From positions 544,001-608,000 of the forward strand of contig JBKBWQ010000001.1 of the NCBI GenBank assembly GCA_046314355.1: 64,000 bases of DNA, written 5' to 3'. Source of the stretch: Candidatus Altimarinota bacterium (lineage in GTDB: Bacteria > Patescibacteriota > Gracilibacteria > 1-14-2-50-48-13). Shown here in pieces: positions 31,115-40,981 of this stretch. A program made the position numbers and the translations under genes. Each line of letters starts with the position of its first letter. Position 1 is the stretch's first letter. The notes beneath the pieces are model-generated. The model did no database searches, had not been told where the DNA came from, and worked only from the letters and a program-made list of their open reading frames with translations.

Positions 31115-33007
31115 TTATATGATCTTCAGATCTTTTAACACAAGATGTACCTCTTCTTCTGAGACATCACCCATCTGGGCAGCAAGAAGATCTTTCATCT
31201 GAATAGTTACAAGTCTCTTATATTGAATACAGTTTTTCATCAACTCTTTATGAGTTCCTTCTCCGGCAATTTTACCTTTATCCAGTACTACAATTTTGTC
31301 GGCATGAATAATTGTAGACAATCTGTGAGCAATAATGATTGTAGTTCTCCCCTTTGAGACATCTTTAATCGCTTTTTGGATTAACTTTTCATTCTCAGAA
31401 TCAAGAGAGCTCGTAGCTTCATCAAAAATAAGTATGGTTGGATCTTTCAGAAGAGCACGAGCAATTCCCACTCTTTGTTTTTCTCCTCCTGAGAGCCTGA
31501 TACCATTCTCACCTATTTGACTCTCAAGACCATTTGGAAGTCGTTCTAAAAATTTATCAATACATGCCATTTTAATTATCTTCTCTAGTTCTTTTTCACT
31601 TACTTCTTTAGAATTAGAAACCCCATACAATAGATTTTCTTTTAGACTGCCATCAAATAGCCTAACATCCTGAGGCACTATACCGATGTGTTTTCTAAGA
31701 AATGTTAAGGGTAAATCTCTAATATCAATATTATCAAAGGCGATATGGCCTCCCGTAACGTCATAATATCTTTGAAGAAGTTTCATCAAAGTGCTTTTGC
31801 CACTACCAGAATGTCCTACTAGTGCAGTCGTTTTACCTGCAGGAATCTCAAGATCAAAATCTGTAAAAAGCGGAAGTGAGATATCTACCTTAGTCGCTGT
31901 AGCATTTTCATCCTTCATCTTTTCTAATGCCTCTTTATAAAAAAAATTCATCTTTGAAAAAACAATATGTCCTTGAATCTTATCAGGTACACTTGTTAAA
32001 ACATTGTCTGAAACCACAGGCTCCTTTCTCAACATCTCAAGAAGCTTCTCTGCATTTACGAGATTATCAATAAAGTCCCTCTCAAAGTTTGTAAGATCTC
32101 TTACAGCACCTACCACCATTCCACCCCAGGAAGTAAAAAGAAGAATATATCCAGGTGTAAATCTGCCTGTAAAAATAAAATATGCACCTAGAAATAAAAT
32201 ACTATAATAAAATACTTGAAATAAAAACTGTCTTATATTCTGCATCTTCATTGAAGGTATCCATATTGAATTGCTCAGATCTCTGAGAAATTTAAATTTA
32301 TTATGCAGCCAAGTAGCTTCAGCCTCTTCTCTTCCAAATTGCTTTACTGTCTCAATTTCCCTCGTAACCTCTTTCATATGTGACCAGCGCTTATTCATAT
32401 GATCTATCATATTCTTCATAGGTTTTTTTACATATTTATTTGTGTATCTGATATCTGCCCAAAGTCTCGCGATCACAGCAACAGTGAGTAGCAAACCTAG
32501 CTCCCATGATATAAAGAAAAGTACAGTCATCGTGATCACAAGTGTAAAGACTGCTGGGAAGACATCATACAAAAGCTGCTGTATCATATTTGTAAATCCT
32601 GATACACCATTTTGATAGATGGCAAATTTTATGCCGCTTCCTTGTTCTATGTGTTGCCCAATAGAGAACTGAAGCATTTTTTCAAAACCATACTGTTCTA
32701 GCAAAAGACGTCCCTTCCATCTAAAACGGTGAGCCTGTGACTGTCTTAGATAATTTAATATACTCTGCACAAGTGCCAGCCCTATTAAGATCTCAAATAT
32801 AATGACTAATGAATCCAAAGACTGCTTCTGAACAATAGCATCTATCATTTGCTTCCAGAAAACCGGCTGGATGATAGAGGCCCCTTGAGCCAAAAATATT
32901 AGACCAACAGCATAATACATATCCCCTCTCATTGGCTTTGTAAACTGCCAGAGATCTTTTAGTATAGATAGCGTTGATGATTTCTTTTTCTTTTGTTCAA
33001 AAAGCAT
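31115..33007 (-). CDS. ABC exporter, fused TMD and ATPase
   Basis: Multi-TM N-terminus; GHSGSGKST, LSGGEKQR, IFDEATSSLD, IAHRLST. Confidence 0.96.
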   Translation of the reverse strand: MLFEQKKKKSSTLSILKDLWQFTKPMRGDMYYAVGLIFLAQGASIIQPVFWKQMIDAIVQKQSLDSLVIIFEILIGLALVQSILNYLRQSQAHRFRWKGRLLLEQYGFEKMLQFSIGQHIEQGSGIKFAIYQNGVSGFTNMIQQLLYDVFPAVFTLVITMTVLFFISWELGLLLTVAVIARLWADIRYTNKYVKKPMKNMIDHMNKRWSHMKEVTREIETVKQFGREEAEATWLHNKFKFLRDLSNSIWIPSMKMQNIRQFLFQVFYYSILFLGAYFIFTGRFTPGYILLFTSWGGMVVGAVRDLTNFERDFIDNLVNAEKLLEMLRKEPVVSDNVLTSVPDKIQGHIVFSKMNFFYKEALEKMKDENATATKVDISLPLFTDFDLEIPAGKTTALVGHSGSGKSTLMKLLQRYYDVTGGHIAFDNIDIRDLPLTFLRKHIGIVPQDVRLFDGSLKENLLYGVSNSKEVSEKELEKIIKMACIDKFLERLPNGLESQIGENGIRLSGGEKQRVGIARALLKDPTILIFDEATSSLDSENEKLIQKAIKDVSKGRTTIIIAHRLSTIIHADKIVVLDKGKIAGEGTHKELMKNCIQYKRLVTIQMKDLLAAQMGDVSEEEVHLVLKDLKII

Positions 33008-33120
33008 AGTAGCTAGCTAATAGATAAACATTCTGGAGCATACGTTTAGTGTTGTTTCAAAAAAAGTTTTTTTATATTTTATTGTGAGTATACTATATAT
33101 GTAAGCAATAAGAGCACAGA

Positions 33121-33190
33121 AGTAATTAGACTCAATCATTAAGTAATTGAGCTCAATTATTGTAGCCCAATTATTCCATTACTTAATTCC
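33121..33190. repeat. ATTGAGCTCAAT-type palindromic array, copy 4
   Basis: GTAATTAGACTCAATCATTAAGTAATTGAGCTCAATTATTGTAGCCCAATTA. Confidence 0.88.
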
Positions 33191-33202
33191 TCCCTTATTT
33201 CT

Positions 33203-33750
33203 AAAAAAAGAACCCCATGCTTTGGTAAGCTCTGGGATTCTATTCATCTCATAGGCAAGAAAAATAGAATCTTTCCTTTGTGATGTGTGTTTTTGTTTGA
33301 GTGACAACTGCTCAAAAGTGTAATTCATGCTGTGCTTCGGTCATATACCTCTCCTAATGCCGAGGAGTGACTGATCCCTCGAAGGGATCTGAACCCCGCC
33401 TCGTCTCATATACGAAGTGGAAGAAAATCCAGGTGTAATGATCGGAAGCAAAGCTCGTCAGAATTAATGAGAAGAGGGATGTCATCTCCCTTCTCTTTTT
33501 CGCAAAGCAGTGAAAAATGAATATTCCTTAAATACTTAAGAACTACTCGTTACTCACTACTTACATCTTATTGTAAAGGATCAAATGTAGGACTCCGGCC
33601 GGAAGTCTTTTGCTTTCCTTACTTCTTGTAGGACTTCGCTCTCCGTGGCAGGAAGGAAATCTAAATGGTAAGAATTGCTTTTTTGTTTTTTAAAATTTGT
33701 TTTGGTTTAGTCTTCTTTTTGTTTTGTTTGAAGCTGTTGTATTTTTAAGC
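33203..33750 (-). ncRNA. candidate long structured RNA, locus A
   Basis: No ORF of 60 aa or more; many hairpins; promoter TTGCTT/TAAGAT (33786-33759); terminator 33203-33241. Confidence 0.45.
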
Positions 33751-33874
33751 TTCATAGGATCTTAATCTTTTTAAAAAATAAAGCAAGAAGAAGATGAGTG
33801 ACAAAGTATGTTTATTGTTTTAAAACATGATTATTTATTATAAAATGTATTTACTGTAAACAGATTACGTGAAA

Positions 33875-33955
33875 GTAATTATATCATTGGACTCAATAAT
33901 TTGGCGCACATTATTAGGCTCAATCATTAAGGCTACAATTATTGAGCCCAATTGC
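33875..33955. repeat. ATTGAGCTCAAT-type palindromic array, copy 5
   Basis: ATTGGACTCAATAATTTGGCGCACATTATTAGGCTCAATCATTAAGGCTACAATTATTGAGCCCAATT. Confidence 0.88.
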
Positions 33956-34059
33956 TCTCCTACTTAATTACTCTCCTACTAAATTACTTCTTTCCTTTAT
34001 TACTTTTCTTTTTTCTGATATTCTTGAGTCACTGTATTTTTAGATTTTCATGTCATTCC

Positions 34060-34731
34060 ATGGATTCGCAAGATCAAAAAAATCCCCTTCCAGAAACGCA
34101 GCAAGAATTTTTTTCTCAAGCAACATATCAGCAGCCATCTCAGACTCCTGACGGATCAGAGAAAAAGAGAAGATTAGATACGAGGGCTATTCGTTCCAAA
34201 ATCAGTCAAAGCTTTGCGCAGACAGTGCAAAACTTCTTTTATCAGACCACAATGACCGAAAAGGTAGTCATTGTCTCAAGCATACTGGTCATAGTCTTTA
34301 CTCTTACAAAATGGGGAGCTATAGAAAAAGAGACAGTTACTGGGATTTCAAATCTTGTCTACTTTATTGGATGGTTATTGATAGCATCTGCTCTCTTAAG
34401 TATCGGTTCATTAGTCTGGTTTCTTGCAGGAAAATCATTTCCAAAGTCTTTCCCTTCACTTCCTGTTATTCAGATGATCTTAGGCATCGAGATCGTACAA
34501 TTAGCAATTATAGGCTACACAGTACTTACAGCTTTCAAAACAACGATTTCATTTAATGCAGAAGATGTAACTCTTAGTCCCGCACTCATTGTGCTCTTTG
34601 GAATACTGATATTTGCGTCAGGGTTATTTGAAGAGCGCATCCACCAAAAGAAATCAAATCCTACCAAGCTGCCTAGTAATATGTACGCTCGTCCTGAAGA
34701 GCATGATCTTGACCGTATCCTTTCAGAATAA
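34060..34731 (+). CDS. multi-TM membrane protein
   Basis: Start MDSQDQK at 34060; four hydrophobic segments. Confidence 0.8.
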   Translation: MDSQDQKNPLPETQQEFFSQATYQQPSQTPDGSEKKRRLDTRAIRSKISQSFAQTVQNFFYQTTMTEKVVIVSSILVIVFTLTKWGAIEKETVTGISNLVYFIGWLLIASALLSIGSLVWFLAGKSFPKSFPSLPVIQMILGIEIVQLAIIGYTVLTAFKTTISFNAEDVTLSPALIVLFGILIFASGLFEERIHQKKSNPTKLPSNMYARPEEHDLDRILSE

Positions 34732-34739
34732 TCCTTCCT

Positions 34740-35273
34740 ATGCATACTTTTCTTCTTACTATTCTTTGTTTCATACTCTTCTTGAATGTATTACTAATGC
34801 TTGCACTAGTAATAGGTTTCTTTTACAAAGTACCTTATGTTCCTTCCACTAAGGCACAAATCAGAAAAATGATTGAAGCGGCTGACATCAAAGCAGGTGA
34901 ACATATTGCAGATCTTGGCTGCGGTGACGGAAAGATCTTATTTATGGCAGAAAAATATTCTAAGGGCGTAAGCTTTACTGGATACGAGATCGCACCAATG
35001 CCGATACTTTTCTTCTATATGAAAAAAATCTTCAATAGATCTAAAGCGTCTCTCAAGACTATGGATTTCATGAAAGAAGATTATTCTAAATATTCTGTGA
35101 TATTTCTCTACCTTCTTCCTGAGGCAATGGATAAACTCCTTCCCAAATTTGAAAAAGAGCTCCCTAAAGGCGCCCGTGTGATTTCTAATGTATTTACCTT
35201 CAAAAATAAGAAACCATCTATGGTCATTGATGCAGACAAAAAGATGCATTCAGTAAACTTATATACGTTCTAA
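34740..35273 (+). CDS. class I SAM-dependent methyltransferase (membrane-anchored)
   Basis: PYVPS, DLGCGDG, FLYLLP, GARVISN. Confidence 0.9.
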   Translation: MHTFLLTILCFILFLNVLLMLALVIGFFYKVPYVPSTKAQIRKMIEAADIKAGEHIADLGCGDGKILFMAEKYSKGVSFTGYEIAPMPILFFYMKKIFNRSKASLKTMDFMKEDYSKYSVIFLYLLPEAMDKLLPKFEKELPKGARVISNVFTFKNKKPSMVIDADKKMHSVNLYTF

Positions 35274-35340
35274 ATTTGAAAGCATAATAAAATAAAACCC
35301 CGGAGAATACATTCTTCGGGGTTTTATTTTAAGCATAGGA

Positions 35341-36417
35341 TTAAACCATATTTTCCATAGCAAGTTTTTTTGCCTGATCCTCAACACGGAGAGATTCTAT
35401 GATATCTCCCATCTTTCCATCCATGATTCCTGGAATATTACTCCAGCTCTTTTTTATACGATGATCAGTAATTCTATCCTGAGGAAAATTGTATGTACGG
35501 ATTTTTTCTGATCTATCTCCAGATCCAATCTGTGAAGAACGTATATCTCCTCTCTCCTTTGCTCTCTTACTCTCTTCTAGATCATAGAGACGGGCTCGGA
35601 GTACCTGAAGTGCCTTTTCCCTATTTTTATGCTGAGAACGCTCATCCTGACACTCTACTACGAGACCTGTCGGGATATGTACCATTCGTACCGCACTATC
35701 TGTCTTATTTACTTTCTGACCTCCTGCTCCAGAAGCTCTACATGTAGTAATTTCAAGATCTTCAGAACGTATTTCGATGTCTACTTCTTCTACTTCAGGC
35801 AGTACTGCTACTGAAGCTGCAGATGTATGGATTCTTCCCTGGCTTTCTGTGGCCGGAATACGTTGCACACGATGCACTCCGCTCTCATATTTGAGCTTTC
35901 CATATACTTCTTCACCAGTGAGGCGCAGTACCATTTCTTTTACACCTGCACCAGTTGTACTCTCACTCATGCTCATTACTTCCGCAGTCCAACCGCGCTC
36001 TTCAGCAAACCGTGTATACATACGTCCGAGCTCAGCAGCAAAGAGAGCAGCTTCTTCTCCACCAGTACCCGCTCGAAGCTCGAGAATGACGTTCTTAGAG
36101 TCATTTGGATCTCTCGGCAGGAGTGAGATTTTTACTTTTTGAAGCAAATCTTCTTCTTTTGATTTTGCATCATTGAGCTGCTCTTGTGCTAGATCAAGCA
36201 TCTCGGGATCACTTTCCGCCTCAATAATCTCCTCTGCTTCTTTTTTAGCGGCAAGTACCTGTTTATATGCTCTATAAATCTCAACAATAGGCTTGAGAGC
36301 CGCATGCCGCTTCATTACCTTCACATATCCCCCCTGATCATTCATCAAATCAGGATCCATCATCTTCTCTTCCATCTCAAGAAATTCTTTTTCTATATTT
36401 TCTAGTTTCTCAAACAT
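35341..36417 (-). CDS. prfA: peptide chain release factor 1
   Basis: [16 protein letters not shown] specificity motif, [16 protein letters not shown]. Confidence 0.98.
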   Translation of the reverse strand: MFEKLENIEKEFLEMEEKMMDPDLMNDQGGYVKVMKRHAALKPIVEIYRAYKQVLAAKKEAEEIIEAESDPEMLDLAQEQLNDAKSKEEDLLQKVKISLLPRDPNDSKNVILELRAGTGGEEAALFAAELGRMYTRFAEERGWTAEVMSMSESTTGAGVKEMVLRLTGEEVYGKLKYESGVHRVQRIPATESQGRIHTSAASVAVLPEVEEVDIEIRSEDLEITTCRASGAGGQKVNKTDSAVRMVHIPTGLVVECQDERSQHKNREKALQVLRARLYDLEESKRAKERGDIRSSQIGSGDRSEKIRTYNFPQDRITDHRIKKSWSNIPGIMDGKMGDIIESLRVEDQAKKLAMENMV

Positions 36418-36514
36418 AGGGATAATAAGTAGTACAAAACGACGAAATCTTACATGGGGCCATTGCAATTGTCAAACTGTTACCGTATACTTAACCTAAA
36501 CTAATGTACTGTCT

Positions 36515-37030
36515 ATGAGCGACCTCAATACCCTAAATAATACCCCCTCCTCAACTCCTGCCAAAAGTCAGAAGCAAGCTCCTGATGCTTTAAAAGGAAC
36601 GATTGGAAAGATTGGTGAGAGTATTGATAATATCGCATCCACAGCAGAAGTAATTGAATACAATCAAGAAAAGCCAAGTAGCCCTGCACAATCAGGAGGA
36701 CAAACAAAGTCTGGGCAAAAGGCAAAACAAGACGATGGACAAACGCCTATCGTGACTCAAAAAGTAATTCCACAGACTGCTCAAGCCATAAGGAAAGAAC
36801 TTACGATTGAAATTAAACGTAAAATCAATATTTTAATAAAGGAAGCGCGGGAACTGGAAAAGAAACCTGGTGCTTCATTTGCATACTCCCTGCAAAGAGC
36901 ATTGAAGGACATAAGAAAATTGAATCTTCAACTCTCAACAATGCTGCACCTTACCTTTGAAAAACTCAGAGAAGTATACATGTCATTTTTTCCAAATGCT
37001 GTTGAAAGAAAAGACGAATCTGCTGAGTAA
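36515..37030 (+). CDS. hypothetical protein
   Basis: 171-aa ORF with coiled-coil C-terminus. Confidence 0.75.
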   Translation: MSDLNTLNNTPSSTPAKSQKQAPDALKGTIGKIGESIDNIASTAEVIEYNQEKPSSPAQSGGQTKSGQKAKQDDGQTPIVTQKVIPQTAQAIRKELTIEIKRKINILIKEARELEKKPGASFAYSLQRALKDIRKLNLQLSTMLHLTFEKLREVYMSFFPNAVERKDESAE

Positions 37031-37056
37031 AAATAAGTGTATCTATACCTAGAGCG

Positions 37057-39309
37057 TTACCCTCTTGGCATAAAAAATAGGTATGAGATTAGTTCTCTTG
37101 AAGTAAGAAGAACTTTTTTTGCAGGTATCAGCAGTGAGGTATCCAGATCATTCTGCGTAATACTATGTTCATCGTTAGCAGCAACTACCCATGAACTGTC
37201 TGAAGATACGGTATGCTGCACTTCTATATTTTTTCCTCCCGGCTGCTTCTCCAGTACTAGATAATATGGAATAAACTCCTTACTGCCCTCTTTTGCAGAA
37301 AGAGTATCTGGAAGCTTATATTTAATAGTTACATGTTTCTCCTCACCAGGTACAACATTCATAACAAAGGCAAAAACTGTTTTTCCCAAATCCTGATATG
37401 TTTCAATATCTTCTCTTTTTATTGCATCCACTGCCTGGATCTCTGATCCTTCCGGGACATAGATACGAATATAGTCTGCATTATTTCCTTTACCTAAAAT
37501 AAACGCGACACTATTATCAACCTTTTTGCCTGTCACTTTCTCTAGAAAAGAAAACAACTTTTCTTCTAGCGCGTCATTCCAAAGATGTCTGCGTGATATC
37601 ACAACATGGTCCATAATCTCTCCTGCATCTGTTACCTGTGTCTCATGTGAAATTTTTTCCTCTATATATTGATCACTCTTATTCGCTCCTATCGCCGTGT
37701 GTGCTACAAGCAAATAATCCTGTATACCATTTATTGGGCTAGTTGCGGCATCATACATCGTCCCATCTACACCGAAGTAAGAGAAAAGCGATTGAATATC
37801 ATCATGAAATGAGAAAGCAAGAATTTGTCTTTCCTTCATATTTTTCAAAATAAGATTCACGCCTTTATGTTCTAGTACCACAGGTTTTACCTTCTTTAAA
37901 AATTCATCTGCAAAAGCAAAGAGGACCGATTTAGGCTGTGCTTTATCTACTTTACTCTCCACTAAGAATGAAATAAGTTGGGAAAAATTATCTTTTGATA
38001 CCGGCACACCAACATCAGGGAGTGAAATTGGTCCAGTAAGTTCTAGAAGATCTTTTATAAAAGTATCTGTCACAGCGAAGACACCATCTACGCCTGGTCC
38101 TTTTTCTTTATCCAGGAACCACGCAATCTGCTTGGCTGATGTTGGAAAATCTGGCCAATAATTTGCATCTCTTAGACGAAACTGCGCTGAGATTTTTTCT
38201 ATGCCAGGAGGAGGTGGAACATCTTGGAAGAATTGTCCATCAAATTCATATACATCCTTAAACGTAATATTCTTGATCCATCCATCATTAAAAGAAACAA
38301 AGGCAAGGCTACCAATAAATCCTCCTGTAGCACGAGCCTCCGAAGAGTTTTGAAGAAGCACTACATAGGTTCGAGGATAATCTTCACCGATAAGGGAAAG
38401 GAACTTAGGAAAAAGATACTCAGCCTCATCTATCAAACCTATTACTTGAGCTATAGCTTTTTTAAGCTCTGTAAGCTGTGAAGCAACATCTGATGGAAAT
38501 AGATCTGCCTGTATCTTTTGCAAATTGACATTTGCCTCTCTAAGTTTATCAAAAGTATTTATTTCCAAGTATCTCCATTGAAATAAAAGAAAAGTACTGA
38601 GATTCTTATACCGGTTCTTTAGATCTACATCATTCAGAATTTTCATATCTTGTAAGAAGCTGCTTACATTATCCATTACATCACTTGCACCATCTCCAGC
38701 TTCAGCAATCAATTCCGCGCCTTTAAGTGCATTATTTAGAGTACCTACATATGAATTTCCAACTCCAAGTGCTGTATTTTCCGGAGGTATATAACTTTGC
38801 AGCTTTTGGAATATCTCTCGTGCACGAAGTAGATTAAGAGAAAGTCTCACAAAATCCTGACGAGTTATAGACTGTAGCGAGTACGAAGCAATAGGTCCTG
38901 TAAGCTCATTTTTATAAAGTGAAATCTCCTGCTTTGCTCTCACAAGGTGCATTCCAAATGCGATACCAATAAGACTTACACAAGTGAAGCCCCCTAGCCA
39001 CAGAAATATTCCTAGAGAAGAAATATTCATATGAAAACTCTCAGGAAGAATCGGGCGTACGGAAAAATGTATTTTTTTAAGATTTTTTACCTTTTCAAAA
39101 GCTTGAGATAGCGGGCTAACTACAAGCCCAGGATCTTCTTTTTTTATCGTAGGTTTTTCGTCCTTTTCTCTTAAGTCGATAGTATGCTCTGCTTTACTAT
39201 TACTGGGCTCAGTAATAGCCTTCTGCTTTTTATCAGAAAGGATAACAACATGAATATTCTCTGGAGTATTCAAATCTATACTTTTAACCGAAGGTATTTT
39301 TTTCTTCAT
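37057..39309 (-). CDS. DUF4012 domain membrane protein
   Basis: YVVLLQNSSEARATGGFIGS, RDANYWPDFPTSA, NKSDQY, YIRIYVPEGS. Confidence 0.9.
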   Translation of the reverse strand: MKKKIPSVKSIDLNTPENIHVVILSDKKQKAITEPSNSKAEHTIDLREKDEKPTIKKEDPGLVVSPLSQAFEKVKNLKKIHFSVRPILPESFHMNISSLGIFLWLGGFTCVSLIGIAFGMHLVRAKQEISLYKNELTGPIASYSLQSITRQDFVRLSLNLLRAREIFQKLQSYIPPENTALGVGNSYVGTLNNALKGAELIAEAGDGASDVMDNVSSFLQDMKILNDVDLKNRYKNLSTFLLFQWRYLEINTFDKLREANVNLQKIQADLFPSDVASQLTELKKAIAQVIGLIDEAEYLFPKFLSLIGEDYPRTYVVLLQNSSEARATGGFIGSLAFVSFNDGWIKNITFKDVYEFDGQFFQDVPPPPGIEKISAQFRLRDANYWPDFPTSAKQIAWFLDKEKGPGVDGVFAVTDTFIKDLLELTGPISLPDVGVPVSKDNFSQLISFLVESKVDKAQPKSVLFAFADEFLKKVKPVVLEHKGVNLILKNMKERQILAFSFHDDIQSLFSYFGVDGTMYDAATSPINGIQDYLLVAHTAIGANKSDQYIEEKISHETQVTDAGEIMDHVVISRRHLWNDALEEKLFSFLEKVTGKKVDNSVAFILGKGNNADYIRIYVPEGSEIQAVDAIKREDIETYQDLGKTVFAFVMNVVPGEEKHVTIKYKLPDTLSAKEGSKEFIPYYLVLEKQPGGKNIEVQHTVSSDSSWVVAANDEHSITQNDLDTSLLIPAKKVLLTSRELISYLFFMPRG

Positions 39310-39324
39310 GAAATGTAAGTAGTA

Positions 39325-40830
39325 CTATTGCTGCGTTGAAACAAAAAGAATCCTATAGGAAATACCGTCTGTGAATGTTGAGAGAGAAATATGTAAACTT
39401 CCATTATTCTTCTCTGCTCTAAGTGCATCTGAGAAATACGGCACAGATTGTGTTGGTAATAAGTACTGAGTTTTCACATACCATTGTGATGGTTCTTTAA
39501 AGTATTTCTCGATCGTCGTATACTGAATGGGATCTTTAGATACAGCAGTTTTGCCATCGCTTATTACATAATTTTTCTGGCTACCTGCAATTTTTACAAG
39601 AGAGATGTCATTGAATTTTATCTCTTTCAAGAAATTCCCTGAACTGCTTTGATCATTCAAAGACACTTTTTCAGGATGTCTTTCCAGCATTATTGCTTTT
39701 GTCTTGTCTGGCAAAGTAGTCGTGATTTCTTCATAAGCCATATTTTTTTCCACTCCATTCTTTAGAATCTCAGAGATTTTAGCTGCTTTCTGTTCATCAA
39801 TCCCGATAATACTTCCGATCACAGAACCTGATGAAGTAATACCAACTGCAAGCGAACTTTTTTCTATCTGAGTCAAAAATTCACGAGGCTGATCTATGAC
39901 CTTTAATTTTTCCACAAGAGCCTCAGTAAGATACTGCCATGATAAAGCAATAGCTTCACTTTTCTCTTCTTTAAAGTACTGGACAAATGTATCGATCAGG
40001 TTTGGTTCTACTACAAAAGCAAGTATTGTAGAAATATTTGCAGGCATTTCAGAAAGCACTGATAAATCTAATTTCTCTCTTTGAACGAAGTACTTTAATT
40101 CTTCTTTCGGCACTTTTATCTTCCCCGTCATAGTCAGATAACCTTCATCTGTGACAAAGAAGTTGCCTGTCGGACTTGTCATCGTAGAAAGAATATCACG
40201 TACAAATACCTGATATGTTGGTTCATTTATTTTCGGGGTCAAGATATCTCCCACTATATCTAAAGCAACTTCATTTGCTGCTGCAAATGACATCGCAGCA
40301 CTCGTATCAAAAGTAGATCTTGAAATAACATCAGCTATTTTACCTCCCTCCATGTCCTTTGTATACACATGAGATTTTATGTTCTCTGCTGATGTATTTC
40401 CTGCTATAACAAATCCTTCCTGAGTTACAACGGTAAAATTATTCTTTAAAGCATCAATGAGTTTTTTTTGAGTAAGATTATTTTCTTCAGCAAATATAAA
40501 GACACTACTATCTTTGTACTGTATTAGATAAGATCTCTCAGGAAGAGAAGCAATAAGAGTATTCCCTTCAGCTTCAGCTGTTCCAAGTAAAGATTGAGTA
40601 CCCGTTGGAGATAGATATTTTTCAGCAAACTTTTTCCACTGCAAAGCACTTTCCTCATTATTATGAATTTCCATAACAGCAAGAAAATCACGATTGCTCA
40701 TATATTTAAGAGGATCCTTTGCCTGGACTTTAGCTGCAATGAACCATGATATAACTCCAAGAAGAATAGCAACAATGATCAGAAGAAAGATAACTGCTAT
40801 TTTTTTAGAAGATATTGGGAAGGAGAACAT
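39325..40830 (-). CDS. membrane-anchored hypothetical protein
   Basis: N-terminal TM; 501 aa; co-oriented with the DUF4012 gene. Confidence 0.8.
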   Translation of the reverse strand: MFSFPISSKKIAVIFLLIIVAILLGVISWFIAAKVQAKDPLKYMSNRDFLAVMEIHNNEESALQWKKFAEKYLSPTGTQSLLGTAEAEGNTLIASLPERSYLIQYKDSSVFIFAEENNLTQKKLIDALKNNFTVVTQEGFVIAGNTSAENIKSHVYTKDMEGGKIADVISRSTFDTSAAMSFAAANEVALDIVGDILTPKINEPTYQVFVRDILSTMTSPTGNFFVTDEGYLTMTGKIKVPKEELKYFVQREKLDLSVLSEMPANISTILAFVVEPNLIDTFVQYFKEEKSEAIALSWQYLTEALVEKLKVIDQPREFLTQIEKSSLAVGITSSGSVIGSIIGIDEQKAAKISEILKNGVEKNMAYEEITTTLPDKTKAIMLERHPEKVSLNDQSSSGNFLKEIKFNDISLVKIAGSQKNYVISDGKTAVSKDPIQYTTIEKYFKEPSQWYVKTQYLLPTQSVPYFSDALRAEKNNGSLHISLSTFTDGISYRILFVSTQQ

Positions 40831-40981
40831 TATATAAATTTATTAAGATAACGTAAGATTTGTACCCCTAATTCTTATGAAATTAAGGGGATGAAGTCAA
40901 GCAAACCCAGTTGTAGTGATGAACATTTCTTTTCTCTTCACTAAAGCTTATTTGAAGAGTCAGGCAGGGGCTATTCTACTC

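Noticed and set aside
33203-33750. RNase P, tmRNA or rRNA identity for locus A or B
   Set aside because: No GAGGAAAGUCC motif, tRNA-like ends or rRNA signature seen on either strand
33952-34059. Hydrophobic N-terminal extension of ORF 33952
   Set aside because: Translation of the pyrimidine-rich array flank and promoter; ATG 34060 is the better start
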